A stretch of 64,000 bases of DNA from Eledone cirrhosa (taxonomy: Eukaryota): positions 356,624,001 through 356,688,000 of the forward strand of contig OZ024742.1 of assembly GCA_964016885.1 (NCBI GenBank), read 5' to 3'. Below are positions 39,770 through 55,210 of this stretch, one piece after another. The stretch's first letter is position 1, and each line of letters begins with the position of its first letter. Position numbers and translations under genes: made by a program. The notes below the pieces were generated by a model, which had not been told where the DNA came from, made no database searches, and worked only from the letters and a program-made list of their open reading frames with translations.

Positions 39770-42710
39770 ACGAAAAAATGAAACGAAATTCCATTTCTCA
39801 CTCTTAGTACGGCTGTTACTTAAATATAAGTATGTATACGTACATACATATATGTATACAGACGTTCAGTAGTATCTATATTTATATACATATATGCACA
39901 CATATATATATGTACGTATGGATTCACCGAACATTAATTATAATGCTCGGTGTGTTTGTAAACAAACACCCCGAATTAAGCCGTACAGTGTCTAGCAACC
40001 CTCGTTGCTCATTTGTTCAACACTGACAAAGGAACGCTGTACTAGTTTCAAGCTTATTAGCTATCGTCAGCAACGTATACCTTCCTGCCAGATGGTTGAA
40101 CGTCTGAAAGTATATACTTTCCTTATGCATATTAACGGGTGAGCAGCTTAATTTGCATATCGAGTGAGTTAATAGGCCGGGGTACCAAAAACGATAAACG
40201 AAAAAAATGAAACGAAATTTCATTTCTCACTCTTAGTACGGCTGTTACTTAAATATAAGTATGTATACGTACATACATATATGTATACAGCCGTACAGTA
40301 GTATGTATATATATATATACATACATGCACGCATATATATATATGTACGTATGGATACTTATATACAAATATATATATTTAATTTTAATAAATATTTGCT
40401 CTACGGTTCTTATATATCTGATATATATTTATCCTTATCGAGCCCTTTTTTGATTTTAGTCTTCAAATTTATTATTATTACTATATATATATATATATTC
40501 TCTGTGCTCCAGAAGCCAAAAATTCGGTTTCATATATTGTTTCCAGAATAATATCTAATAACTGTAGTAAAGCATATCATACTATTACAAAATTACCCTT
40601 TCCTTATATTATAAGATATATATAATGAAAGAGAGACATATATTTGACTTGACTTTTTTCTTAACTATGCAATTGCTATCTTATTTGGATCAATAGGAGC
40701 CCATCATCTATTTTAACCTGATATGCAATAGGCAGTTTTATCAAGCTTGGTTCATTTTACTTTCTATAACCTTAGAATAGATATCAATATTCTAGTTTTA
40801 ATTATTACTCTGTAATATGAGATTCATATTCTGCCTTCATGCAGTACACACACGCTCACTCACTCACTATATCTCCCCCTCTTTCTCTCTCATGCATACG
40901 TACATAAATACATACATACGTGAAATTACATATGCATTTATATTCATATATATAAATATATTAGTATGTATACGTACATAGATATATGTGTACAGACATA
41001 CAGTAGTATGTATATATATATATACATACATACACACACATAAATATATGTACGTATGGTTTTACCGAACATTCGGTTTGTTTGTAAACAAACAGCCCGA
41101 ATTACGCCGTACTGTGCTCGGCAACCATCGTCGCCCTTTTGTTCAACACTGACACAGGAACGATGTACTAGTTTCAAGCTTATTAGCTATCGTCAGCATC
41201 GTATACCTTTCTGCCAGATGATTCAACGTTTGAAAGTATATACTTTCCTTATGCATATTAACGGCTGAGCAGCCTAATTTGTATATCGAGTGAGTTAGTC
41301 GGCCGGGCAAACCAAAAACGATAAATGGAAAAGAATGAAACGAAATTTCATTTCTCACTCTTAGTACGGCTGATACCTAATATAAGTATGTATACGTACA
41401 TACATATATGTGTACAGACGCACTGTAGTATGTATATATATATACATACATGCACACACATATATATATACGTATGGGTTTACCGAACATTTATTATAAT
41501 GTTCGGTTTGTTTGTAAACAAACGTTCAACCATCTGACAGAAAGGTATATGATGCTGACGATAGCTAATAAGCTTGAAACTAGTACATCGTTCCTGTGTC
41601 AGTGTTGAACAAAAGGGCAACGATGGTATATTTGCACACCGCCACTTAATGATAATTACGAATTACCAATCATGGAGCAACTGATATGATAACCTGTTTT
41701 GTTTATTGCTCTGATTAAAATGCTCATGTACATATCATTTAGAGGGGAGTTCGTTTCCCTAGCTTGGCTGGTAGACATCTCTTCTATTTGTTGTTAGGTG
41801 TAGGTAAACAATTAAGCAAAAATACCATACCTCGAGATTATATGTACATGAGTTATCATATCACTTGCTCCATGATTGGTAATTCGTAATTATCATTAAA
41901 TGGCGGTGTTCAAATATCCCGTGACCGTATGGTGCAATATCACTGTTTCGCCACAGTGAAACGTGTCTGCTCGCATCAACACACAAAGTTGAAAAAAGAG
42001 TGTATTCAGCTACTGACGTCAGAACGTGACGTCAAAATTAAGGGCAGTTATTCGACCCCCTCCAAAGTCAAAGCTAGGTGGCGTGATCTTCTTTATATTT
42101 AGGTATCAGCCGTACTAAGAGTGAGAAATGAAATTTCGTTTCATTCTTTTCCATTTATCGTTTTTGGTTTGCCCGGCCCACTAACTCACTCGATATGCAA
42201 ATTAGGCTGCTCAGCCGTTAATATGCATAAGGAAAGTATATACTTTCAAATGTTCACTCATCTGACAGAAAGGTATACGATGCTGACGATAGTTAATAAG
42301 CTTGAAACTAGTACATCGTTCCTGTGTCAGTGTTGAACAAAAGGGCGACGATGGTTGCCGAGCACTGTACGGCGTAATTCGGGCTGTTTGTTTACAAACA
42401 AATCGAACATTATAATAAATGTTCGGTAAACCCATACGTACATATATATGTGTGTGCATGTATGTATATATATACATACTACAGTGCGTTTGTACACATA
42501 TATGTATGTACGTATACATACTTATATTTAGGTATCAGCCGTACTAAGAGTGAGAAATGAAATTTCGTTTCATTCTTTACCATTATCGTTTTCGGTGCGC
42601 CCGGCCGACTAACTCACTCGATATGCAAATTAGGCTGCTCACCCGTTAATATGCATAAGGAAAGTATATACTTTCAAACGTTCAATCATCTGACAGAAAG
42701 GTATACGATG
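39770..42710. mobile_element. Array of retrozyme-like family H (~428-bp unit) in both orientations, interrupted by other repeats
   Basis: HHRs at 40035-40075 (-), 41161-41201 (-), 41550-41590 (+) and 42278-42318 (+): CGAUG-CUGACGA-u agcu aaua agcu u-GAAAC UA GUA-CAUCG. Confidence 0.88.
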
Positions 42711-43034
42711 CGTGTGTGTGTGTGTATATGGGTGTTATGTGTGTGTGGGTGGGGGGTATGTTAAGATGGAGAGAATATATATATTTTGTGTGTGTGTATA
42801 TGTGTGTATGAAAGTGATTCTATTAGTAGAAATGGGGGAGGGAATTGTGTGGGGGGGGTATGTGTGTGTGTATGGGGGTTATATGTGAGTGGGAGCATGG
42901 TTAGCATGTTAAGATGAAGAGAATATATATTGTGTGTGCGTGTAGGAAAATGATTCCGTTAGTAGGAATATTTTTGAATGAACATATTTTCCTTACTTAT
43001 TCGTATTTATTCTGTTGTATTGTTAGCGCAAACG

Positions 43035-43827
43035 TATCTTAACAGACACAAAGTAAAACTAGGATACTGCTGCGCAAAGAACATGAAGGCCCACATCACC
43101 AGCAACCCTAAGAGAAACACTCCACCAGGGTGCTCTTGCCGTATGTCCGAAGCTTGTCCCCTTCAACAGCAATGTAACACACCCGCTGTAATTTATGAAG
43201 CTGTAGTCACTTCCAACCGACCAAACCAACCGCAGGAGGTCAAATCCTATGAGGGCATGGCGGAGGGCTGATTTAAGGAACGTTTCCTGAACCACCAGAC
43301 GACCTTTAGGTACCCGGACAGACGTTCATCCACGAAACTCGCGAGCCACATATGGTCCCTCAAGGACTCAAGTATAGACTACTCCATTCAATGGAAAGAA
43401 AATCACTAAGTCCAAGCCATACGAAAGGGGAAATCTGTCGTGTGGACTATGTATTGGTGAACGAATAAATATTCTAAAGAGATTATGCAATAATGATTGC
43501 CTAAACACGAGAAATGAATTCTTCACGCGTTGTCTACACGTCTCGAAACACCTCTTGCATAACTACAAAGCTACGGATTGAATCATTACAACAACATCAT
43601 AATGTTCTTATGAACTAAAAACTTTTCGGACTTTCGAAGTTATCTCACTTACACCTCACGCACGCATTTTAGTATTACCTGTATGAAGTGACCGGTTTCT
43701 GCTGCGCATGCGCATTCGTACAGTTGTCCTTCCTGTTCCGTATAACCATGTCCATTATGAGCTGAAGATCTGCTAAGGTGAAACAATTGTTCTCGGCATG
43801 GTTAACTAACTGTTGTGTAAACACTTC

Positions 43828-43830
<3 letters not shown>
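43035..43830 (+). mobile_element. Naiad-type PLE 3' fragment (degenerate GIY-YIG) with terminal HHR at 43743-43804
   Basis: CSCRMSEACPLQQQC..VIYEAVV..YEGM; GAG-CUGAAGA..GAAAC aauu GUU-CUC with extended stem I taaccatgtc/ggcatggtta. Confidence 0.85.
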
Positions 43831-43863
<33 letters not shown>

Positions 43864-43932
43864 ATGGTAGCTAAGATGCTTCCATAGGCGGTATGCCGGT
43901 TGGGCACTCTATTTTCTTACAGAGCAGAGTAT

Positions 43933-44145
43933 GATATAATATAAAACGAAAAATCAGTGATGCATCTGAACTCAATTTATTGTGTGTTACAATTGTTTCG
44001 CCGGAGGTCAGCTCGAACTTGCGGATCCAGAATCAGACAGAACCACACAATGATCGTGTCTCGAGCTGTCCCCCGGCGAAACAATGGTAACACACAATAA
44101 ATTGAGTTCAGATGCATTACTGACTTTTCGTTTTATATTATATAT
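43933..44145. mobile_element. Fold-back fragment carrying only the 3' half of an HHR
   Basis: Arms 43933-44016 and 44061-44145; ccggc-GAAAC aauu GUA. Confidence 0.65.
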
Positions 44146-44149
44146 ATAT

Positions 44150-44560
44150 ATTTCGTTTCTGAATTTGTTTAGCAAGATTCTTTATCTGAAATCGTGTGTT
44201 GAAACCGATATTGTTATACTTAGGGAGGGTCATGTTGCCAATAAGAAACACACGCACCAGGTGCTTTCACTTCAATTTATTATAATAAATATATAATAAA
44301 CTTATAAATGGCGTAGGACAGAACAAAGGAGAGGCACAGAAACAAAGAAAGGAATCCCAGTCACTGAAGAGGTCACAGAGTGTGTGACGAAAGAACTATG
44401 ACAATATATAAACAACTATCTGGTTGTGGAACCAACCAACCAACCAGAAATTTATAAATTTATAAATTTATTATAAATTTATTATAATAAATTGAAGTGA
44501 AAGCAACTGGTGCGTGTGTTTCTTATTGGCAACATGACCCTCCCTAAGTATAACAATATA
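44150..44560. mobile_element. Family D PLE terminal fragment with inversion; HHR at 44360-44402 (+)
   Basis: GUCA-CUGAAGA-g-GUCACA gagug UGUGAC-GAA AGAACU A-UGAC. Confidence 0.72.
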
Positions 44561-44606
44561 TATATATATTTATATATATATTCATATAAATATATATATA
44601 TTCGTA

Positions 44607-44658
<52 letters not shown>

Positions 44659-44979
44659 TATAGCGGCGATGAATTAGTATATATATGTGTTTGTCTATAT
44701 TGTATCTGTATTATTTTTGACCGCCGGTCAGTCAATGGCAACATTGAGGACCGAGTAAGTTAGATCGCAGATATATATATATAAAAGACAGCGAGAAGCG
44801 AAAACCAACCAAACAGTGAGTGTGTTCTGTTATTAATTCTGGCAATATTACGCAAATATGACCCTCCCCAAATATAACAATATAAATATATATATATATA
44901 TATATTCATATATCATCATCATCGTCATTCAACGTCTATCTTCCACGCTTGCATGGGTGTGTATATATGTAAATATATA

Positions 44980-45365
<386 letters not shown>

Positions 45366-45387
45366 TATATATAGATATATATACATA

Positions 45388-45428
<41 letters not shown>

Positions 45429-45430
<2 letters not shown>

Positions 45431-46385
45431 TAGACATGAAAAATGCGCAAGCTCAAAAGTGCCACAGAATGTTATAATAAACCTTCAAAAGTGTGGGACT
45501 AGAGTTGTTGCTAAAAAATATTGTAATCATTATATATCGTACATTCTGTGGCATCCTTTATAAAAATAGCTTAAACCAACGAAGCCTTTATTTTTACGCT
45601 ATTTCACTTAGTTAATTCTTAGAGTGTAACATATAAAAATATCATTTACAACTATAAAATAAATTAATTAATATAATAACAGAGCTGCGGAGCTGAAATT
45701 TAGGAAATAATGGAGTATCGGATCCTGAGTTGGAGCCAGTCAATTTTTGGCCGACTCCGCAGCCCTGTATAATACATTTCATATTAAAGTTATTAATAAA
45801 CCTATTTTACACTTCATGCAAATTACCACGAGATATTGATATTAGATATAAGATACAGCGCAATATCTACAGCTGTAAAAGTACGAAAGCGAAGTAATAA
45901 TAAGTGGCTTAAGGTAATTCCAATATGAAAGTTTGTAGTGATAAAAATTTGATAATGCAATACGATTGTTAATATTATAGTTCTATGAAAATGTAACAAT
46001 AGATAACTAAATTATTTTACTATTAGTATATTTAAGAAATTATCATTATAGATTTGATCGTTCATATAAGCATCATATTAAGTTTCAACACAATTATTTT
46101 GTTACTATGAGTATATGATAATAATATTACGTAATTATTTATAGCTGTTATTACATTAAACATAGATGTATTTATTTTTATATGTTACACTCTAAGAATT
46201 AACTAAGTGAAATAGCGTAAAAATAAAGGCTTCGTTGGTTTAAGCTATTTTTATAAAGGATGCCACAGAATGTACGATATATAATGATTACAATATTTTT
46301 TAGCAACAACTCTAGTCCCACACTTTTGAAGGTTTATTATAACATTCTGTGGCACTTTTGAGCTTGCGCATTTTTCATGTCTAGT
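45429..46385. mobile_element. Long-TIR (foldback/MITE-like) element with a nested hAT-like MITE remnant (45679-45767)
   Basis: 45429-45640 is inverted at 46173-46385; cagagctgcggag..ccgactccgcagccctg inside. Confidence 0.8.
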
Positions 46386-47502
46386 TTAATATTTTTTTAA
46401 GGCAACGCTTGTAATAACTCTAGTTAAACAGGATATATATTAATAATAAATTATCGTTGTAATGTAATTAGATTATGTAATTGTTATTATAAATTATCTT
46501 ATAAATATTAGTGTAAGATGTATAAAAATATTTTCAGACTTTTAATATAAACAACTACAAAAAACAATCAATATTAAATCAATATATTATACATAATAGA
46601 AAACATAAAATATACAATACAAAAACAAAATATTTACATACAATTGCAATTATCAGTGTATATACATTTTCTTTATATTCCCTGAGCAAATTAATAAGAT
46701 TTGTTTTTATTGTACATAATTTGATGACTTGTTGGAGTGTATTAAAAGATAGCAACAATTTGTGATTAAATTGTTATCTTAAGCAACTCACTTTTTAATA
46801 GTTGTTGGCTGAGCGAAATTGTAAAAGCCTATGAGCAAATATAAAAAAAAATACACAAACAACATTTCCTTGTGTTATTACAACATTAGATAAAATAATT
46901 GAGCAATGTCGTTATATTTTGCTCTTATTGCACATTAATAGTGTTTCTATTTTTCGGCACAAATCCATTACGGCAGTCCATTACTGGTACTTTATTTTAT
47001 CGAATTAGTAAGTATGAAAGTCGAAGTTAACCTCGGCAGGATTTGAACTTAGAATGCAAAGGACCATAACAATACTGCAAAGCATGGTGTCTGACGCTCT
47101 ACCAATACTTGTGTTGAGCTGGTCATTAATTTATGGTGGTCGTGCGTGGAGTAGAGCAATCGCTAGTTGAAATATTATGAACAAAACATTTTTATTTGCC
47201 GAAGAACATATTTTCAATACTGTTTGTGAATGTGACGAAGGAAATACATTCTGATATGGAACAGTGTACAAAGTGTGTCTGTGAATAACATAATGTTACC
47301 TCATGTTGTTGTCAAGACATAATGGATTTCGTATATCCAGTTAGAAGATGAAACCTAGCCATCTCGGATTAGTTATATTTCATGCCATGTGTAAACGTGT
47401 TTGAGGATAGCAAAATATGCGCGTTAATTATAATAATTAGTTAATAATATTACAAAATATACCTAATTAAACTCTTTGCTTGAAATTTTATCATTCTTCG
47501 TT

Positions 47503-47541
<39 letters not shown>

Positions 47542-48952
47542 GGAGAGAGATTTATCTAGTCCTTCGCTCAAGATTAATCTATAAGTTTAGATGTTTGCCT
47601 TCGTTTAAGTAAATATTACAGTAAGATTTTTAATATAAACAACTACAAAAAACAATTAATATTAAAACGAAAAAATTATCAATGATAAAAGAAGCGTATG
47701 CAACTTTCTTTTTATAAAGTTATATTCCTGTTTCTTTAAAGAACATTTCATTTTTGTTCTATTGTAGGCGAAATAATGCAATGGTTTAATAGGGAAGATA
47801 TAACTTACGAATTATGTCTCTAACCGTGTAACGCTTTTTAAGTAGATAACTACAATTGAAAATACTAAAGAAATGGAACCAACAATTCAATTTGAAAGTC
47901 GTCTAGTGACAGTGTATTACTGGTACTTTATTTTATCGACCCCGTAACGATGAAAGGCAAAAATGCAAATGCTTAAAATTTAAATTGCCTTAATTCTATC
48001 GTCTGCTGTTTCATTAAAGGGAGATTATCGTCTGTATTTAATTCTATCGTCTACTGTTCCACTAAACAGATATACCTCCACTATCGTCTCTATTTATACA
48101 TTTTAACTTATAACTTATACACATTTGATTTGAAATATTTTATCTAGTCCCCCCTCTCAATATTATGATGATTTCTTTCGAATGAAACAGTTCTAGTCCT
48201 GTAGAAACCATTTATATATATAATTGAACTGAGTTAAAAATTCACAATATTTATAATTAAATAAGCTCATATATATATGTGTGTATTTATCTGTTTATTG
48301 TATTATATATAATGTGTGTATATACAGGATGTCCCCCAAAAATATATACACACTTCAACAGCATTCTAATAACTATTGCCTGTACAGGTAATCAAAGTGT
48401 CAATCGAATGTTAGTTTCGTGTTTTAACAGTACAAATTTACAATACACACATAAAACCAGTGTATATACATACATGAGTGTGTATACACATACATGAATG
48501 TGTATATACAATATATATGTATATATATATAGACACATATATTCACGGTGCAACGGTACATTAAAATATAGATGCGGGAGAGGGGGGGGTGTATATATAG
48601 GGGCGCTGGGGATAAAGGAGTGTAAAGCGTGTGTAATTGATATATTGAAGGAGAGGAGCGTGCAGCGATAGAGTAACAAATATATAGAGAGGGGGAGAGA
48701 TGGTATTGAAGGGGAGGAGTGCAAAGCGAAAGAGTAAGAGATATATATAGAGACGGAACAGATAGAGAGAAACAGGCGTAAGTAACAGTGGAAGAGATAT
48801 AGAGAGAGGTACTCTGATTGGTTGAAAATTAGCCAATGACATACGATCACCACCACCACGGCTATCCCCGAAAAATTTTTTAAGAAGCTACGCATATATG
48901 TTAGAACACGAAAAGTGGACATTCTGTTGTTTCACACTTTTCGTGTTCTAAC

Positions 48953-49009
<57 letters not shown>

Positions 49010-49031
49010 TATTCATATATATATATATATA

Positions 49032-49117
<86 letters not shown>

Positions 49118-49477
49118 TATTCATATATATATATATATATATATATATTCATATTCATATATATATATATATTCATATTCATATATATATATATTCATAT
49201 TTATAAATATATATATTCATATTCATATATATATATATATATATATTCATATTCATATATATATATATATATATATACATATTCATATATATATATATAT
49301 ATATTCATATTCATATATATATATATACATATTCATATATATATATATACATATTCATATATATATATATATATATTCATATTCATATATATATATATAT
49401 ATATACATATTCATATATATATATATATATATTCATATTCATATATATATATATTCATATATATATATATTATAATT

Positions 49478-52400
49478 GGGGAGGGTCATATTTGTGTAAT
49501 ATTGCCAGAATTAATAACAGAACACACTCACTGTCTGGTTGATTTCCGCTTTTCTCTTCTGTGTCTTTTATATCGGTTAATTTAATTTATTCAGTCCTCG
49601 ATGTTGCCATTGACTGACCAACGGTCAAAAATACAGATACAATATAGACACAAACACATATATATAGTCTATCAAAGTTCTTTCGTTGCACATTTGCAAC
49701 ATCGTCAGTGGTGCTATTGTTTCCTCCCGTTGCATTGTATGTCTACGCCATCTTTATTTAGTTTGTTTATATGTTTATTTATTTGTTTATTTTTTTGTCT
49801 TCTTTGCGCATGCGTTTGCGTGTGTGTATAGTGTTTTGTTTGATGTGTGTTCGTGTTTGTGTGATTGTGTATTGGTTAATGTATTCTATCTTTACTAATG
49901 TGGGTTTATATGTGTTTGTTGTTATTGTGCTTGTGTATGTATTTATTTATATATATATTTATTTATTTATTTATACTTCTCTTAGGTCAGTGTTGTTTGT
50001 TTGGGTGTTGCTGTTATTCCATTCATTTTTTCTGTTTAGCCTTGGCCTTCTAAGTTCTATTTATCTGGCCTCTCGGATTTGCCTATCTGCTGGGTTATTT
50101 CTATGTTTAGATATTATTCTAATTTCTGTGTTGTCTATGTTACCGCCGTGTTGTTGTCTGGCATGTTCGTATAGTACTGAACCGTTTTTTCGTCCTTTTA
50201 GTTCCCCTCAGTGTTGGTCTATCCTTTCACCTATGATACGAGCTGTCTCACCTATGTATGTTGTTGTCATGTTTCTGCAAGTACCCTCTGTACATCTTAT
50301 GCTATAGACTACGTTTCTAGTTTTACAGTTTATCCGGGGGTTTACTTTACATATGATACATTTCCTATTAGTACAGTGGGTTTTCTTAAAAGGGAAGGTT
50401 TTGCTGATCAGCGATTTTATGGTGGTCCCTGGCATTTCCTCCACCTTAATATTTAAGTGGATCTTTCTCGGGGCCTTTCTACACTGGTTTGCTAATTTCC
50501 CTCCAGGGGTAGCGTCCACAAACATGACACTATGGTGTCTCTGGTTGTCGTACCATGAGGTGGCCTTCCCTATCTTATGTCTAGCCCTATCTAAGCTATT
50601 CCATGATTTGCTCCTGTATAATGGGCAAATTCCTTTCATATCCAGTTCTATGAGGGTCTTATACTTCTCTGTGGCTCCTTCGTATACTCTGATTCTGTCT
50701 CTTTGGTTGTAGCCAGAGAACTGCATGCGGTTGGTGAAGTGTTGGATGCGTCTTTCCATTTCTGTACCAAGTCTGCGATCAGAATATTAAACTTAGCACT
50801 ACTGGACATTGCTGAGTTTTTGAGTATCAGGTATTTGGAGGCCATGGGTTTAGCATAGTGTGAGTGGAGAATGTGGGCTCTCTCGTCTATAGTGTTAATC
50901 CAGAGTTCCGTGTCTAATACAGGTAGTCTATTGTTAGGGTGTTTGGAAGGGTAGTGGATAGTTACAGTTATACTCTGGTGTATGGAATTAGCTATCTGCT
51001 GGATGCTTTCCATTGTGCTACGTTCTAAATCAAACTTGTTAGTGCTCTCTTGTGGGGATGTTCTTATTACTATATTGATATCGTTTACGTAACGAGAGTA
51101 CAATGATGTGGTCTATGGAGCCCTCATCAAGGAGATCTTTAAGTCTCCTTTCCCACCATGCCATAAAAAGGTTGGCAACGTCACCAGCTATGCTGACGCC
51201 AATGGCTGCTCCCTCATTTTGGGTGTAGATCTTCTCGTTGAACTTGAATATGTGGTCCTTTAGGGTAGTTTTGATACTAGCCCCTATTGCATGTGCGACC
51301 ATTTTTCTTACCTGATCCTTGTTTTGGGGGGTCCGTATAGCTTTGGTCCACCCAATTCACCTTCCCATGGGGGTCTTTTTAGACTTAAGTTTATGGTGGG
51401 TGGTCTACCACTTATGGGTCTACTGGGCCAGAAACGTCTATGGCCATGGCTGTCTAGGTAGTCAGTGTCGTAAGTAAGTCTAAGTAGGAGGCCCAGTTCG
51501 TCTGTGTCGACGTCGCAGAACTCCACCTCACTCTCAATGATCATCTCCACACATTTTTCCACAGCAAAATCAATGTTAATGGATAGGTACAGTGACACCA
51601 AATCCATGCTGAATATTATGCAGTTGGATAGGTTCCTGTTTTTGTTGCACTCACTGATTCTGCTGAGGAGGTCCTCTGTACTATCACATACATCTGGGGA
51701 CATCTTGATTATGGGGCGTATAACCATTGAGAGGAAGTAGGAGATCCTGGAGTTGCTAGCTATATTTGCTCCGCATACGGGTCTTGTTGGTGGTCCTGTT
51801 GTCGGGTCGTCGACTGTCTTGTAGTCTTTGCGGAGCCCATACAAGGGTGGTATGCCATTGTTAGACGCCTGGAACTTGTTGGCAGTGCGTCTGCTTGGCT
51901 TTAGGATGTCGGTCCACATCATCATGTGAGCGTTGAGGATTTTCTCTCTCCCATCATGTATTTGCTGTGCAATTTCGCTCGTGTTGGTGATGTGGGGTTG
52001 CATAGCCTTGATGTAGTTCGGCATGCTATCTATTGACATCCTACCAGACTTAACCGTGGGTAGACATAGTACCTCACCATCCCGTGTGCGCTGCTTGAGG
52101 CTAACCAAGCCTTCTACAGGTTTCCTGCCAAGTTGTTGGGCCTCTGGTCTGCTCTGTCTCTTAGTATACCTGTCTACTACTTGTCTAATCTTATTTCTAT
52201 CTATGGTGAAATGTGCCTCTGTCTTGTCATCTATTTGTTGTGGTATGCAAACTACTTTTATTAAAGGGTAACCTCGTAGGATATATATTAACCATCTTAT
52301 ATGTTTTGTGAGCTGGGTTGAAGAATAGTTTCTCTAAGGGGTTATCATTATATCTATCGTCATAGTTGTGTGTGTTGCTATTATTGTTATTATGGTGGTT

Positions 52401-53150
52401 GTTGTTGTTCCTATCATTAGCATTATAATTATTGTTATGATTGCTAGATGTATTGTTGTTTACTTCACCGTTATTGTTGTTGTTACTGTTATTTCTACCA
52501 TTGTGGTTGTTACTTTTATTATGTTTCTTGTTTTTGTTGTGTCTATCATTGATGTTGCTACATGTATTACTTCCATTATTACCACTGTGGTTATGTTGTT
52601 GTTGTTCGTATTGTTACCGTTAATACTACTGTGGTCGCTCCTGCTGTGTCTGTGGTTAAGTTTCTATTATTATTATTATTATTGTGGTTGTTGTTATTCT
52701 GTCTATCGTTAGTATTATTACCATTATTACTATTTCTCACTTTCCTGCTATTGTTATTGTTATGGCTGTTATTTCTATACTCAGAGTTATTGTTTATATT
52801 ACTACTACCGTTATTATTGTTGTTGTTGGCTGAATAAAAATGGCGTAGACATACAATAGAACAGGAGGAAACGATAACACCACTGACGATGTTGCAGATG
52901 TGCAACGAAAGATTTATGATAAACTATATATATGTGTTAGTGTCTATATTGTATCTGTATTATTTTTGACCGTCGGTCAGTCGATGGCAACATTGAGGAC
53001 CGAGTAAGTTAGATTACCGATATAAAAGACACAGAAGCGAGAAGCGAAAACCAACCAAACAGTGAGTGTGTTCTGTTATTAATTCTGGCAATATTACACA
53101 AATATGACCCTCCCCAAGTATAACAATATTTGTTTCGACACACGATTTCA
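49478..53150 (-). mobile_element. Non-Naiad Penelope-like element with an inverted terminal repeat; HHRs at 49672-49711 (-) and 52880-52919 (+)
   Basis: 49478-49761 is inverted at 52830-53118; a further terminal fragment at 44680-44880. Confidence 0.88.
49972..52270 (-). pseudogene. PLE polyprotein (RT + GIY-YIG), multiply disrupted
   Basis: SMDLVSLY, GAAIG..ANLFM, RYVND, LPVLD, HYAKPM, VVYSIRC..YIGETAR..ER..QH, RQIREA..LNRKNEW. Confidence 0.88.
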
Positions 53151-53207
53151 TATAAATAACCTCGCAAAACTATATATATATTCATATTCATATATATATA
53201 TATATTC

Positions 53208-53294
<87 letters not shown>

Positions 53295-53358
53295 TATTCA
53301 TATATATATATTCATATTCATATATTGTTATATATTCATATATTCATATATATATATG

Positions 53359-53404
<46 letters not shown>

Positions 53405-53448
53405 TATTCATATATATATATATTAATATTCATATATATATATTCATA

Positions 53449-53511
<63 letters not shown>

Positions 53512-53535
53512 TCATATATATATATATATATATTC

Positions 53536-53572
<37 letters not shown>

Positions 53573-53895
53573 AAAAAATGGGGAGAAGAATACTGCATGG
53601 TTGCACATGGATAACATGTTATAAAATGAGTCCCTCATCAGTGATTTACCAACGGTCATAGGTATTTCATTGCATTAAAAATCATATACCTCAAGTTGGC
53701 GCAATAATAACTAAAATAAGTTATTACGACAATTAAAACACGAAAAGCGAGTGAGACAAGTAAACAACACAGAGGAACGCTAACCAAAGATAGGAAAGAC
53801 ACAAGCTACATAATTATTCTATCAGTATAAGCTGGGTGAATATATGAGCGAGTAGAAAATAGACCTTTCGAGATGAATATATATATATATTCATA

Positions 53896-53961
<66 letters not shown>

Positions 53962-53966
<5 letters not shown>

Positions 53967-54795
53967 CTAAAACCAGGGCCTCGTCTTTCCGGAAACACAT
54001 AGACAAAGACGGAAGGCCCATTGTCACAATTCTAGCGACTGAAAGAAACGTCGGCACGTTACGTATCAAGGAAGCGCTTTTTATCAAACGACTGCAACCG
54101 CAAATAAACAACCAATCAGAGAGAAGCGAAAGGAAATGGCAGGTTTAAGTTAACAAGCGATGCAACAACACACAACACACGCACACACACACACACGCAA
54201 ACGAGACAACTACACACACACACGCACACACACACAGTAGCATTCCACCATACGAACATACTACACTGCCAATACAGATGAACAAGGCAACAACACACAC
54301 ACACACACACTCAAGCGAGACAACAACACACGCACACACACACACAGTAACATTTAACAAACAGGCAGAGAATGGACTGACAGCTAGCGCCATCCCACTC
54401 CCTCATTCGGCTGCTGACCTCTGTACGACCGACCCCGTTTCACGCGCACGCGCGCTCTGCCGAATACCTCAGATATTCAAAACAACAAACAGCGAAAGAC
54501 GCGTTCCGGACTTGTCCGACAGACAACCTTTTCCCCCACAACGGAAAAAGACCCCTGTTGATGTATGTGAATCCGAAATATATAGGGATTATGAAATCTC
54601 TCCCAAGGTAACTCTCTCTTGTGTTGTTATTTTTATTTTTATCCTTTATACTCTTCCCTTCATTCTACATATCTCACACATCTTATACACACCACGCATC
54701 TCAACGTACACCCACTTACATCTCTCTCTCCACCACCGGACCTTGTTACCCGGAGATTTACCCATTTGCATTGTCGAGGCTTCCAAACGACTTAA
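53962..54795 (+). mobile_element. PLE 3' fragment (GIY-YIG tail) with degenerate HHR at 54552-54587
   Basis: TILATERN..LRIKEALFIKRLQPQINNQ; ccc-cuguuga..GAAAUAUAUA-ggg. Confidence 0.72.
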
Positions 54796-54847
54796 AGATA
54801 TATATATTCATATATATATATATTCATGTTCACATATATATATATTC

Positions 54848-54882
<35 letters not shown>

Positions 54883-54971
54883 TATTCATATATATATATA
54901 TATATATGAATATGAATATATATATATATATATTCATATTCATATATATATATATATATATATTCATATTC

Positions 54972-55015
<44 letters not shown>

Positions 55016-55034
55016 TCATATTCATATATATATA

Positions 55035-55076
<42 letters not shown>

Positions 55077-55092
55077 TATTCATATATATATA

Positions 55093-55166
<74 letters not shown>

Positions 55167-55210
55167 TATTCATATATATATATTCATATTCATATATATA
55201 TATATATATA

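Noticed and set aside
43269-43271. In-frame TGA in a GIY-YIG fragment (also at 50208-50210 on -) as selenocysteine
   Set aside because: Not at conserved Cys positions, and both copies carry other disabling mutations.
52300-52830. Asn/Thr-rich or hydrophobic ORFs
   Set aside because: Low-complexity (TTG/TTA)-rich sequence inside the PLE with no recognisable domain.
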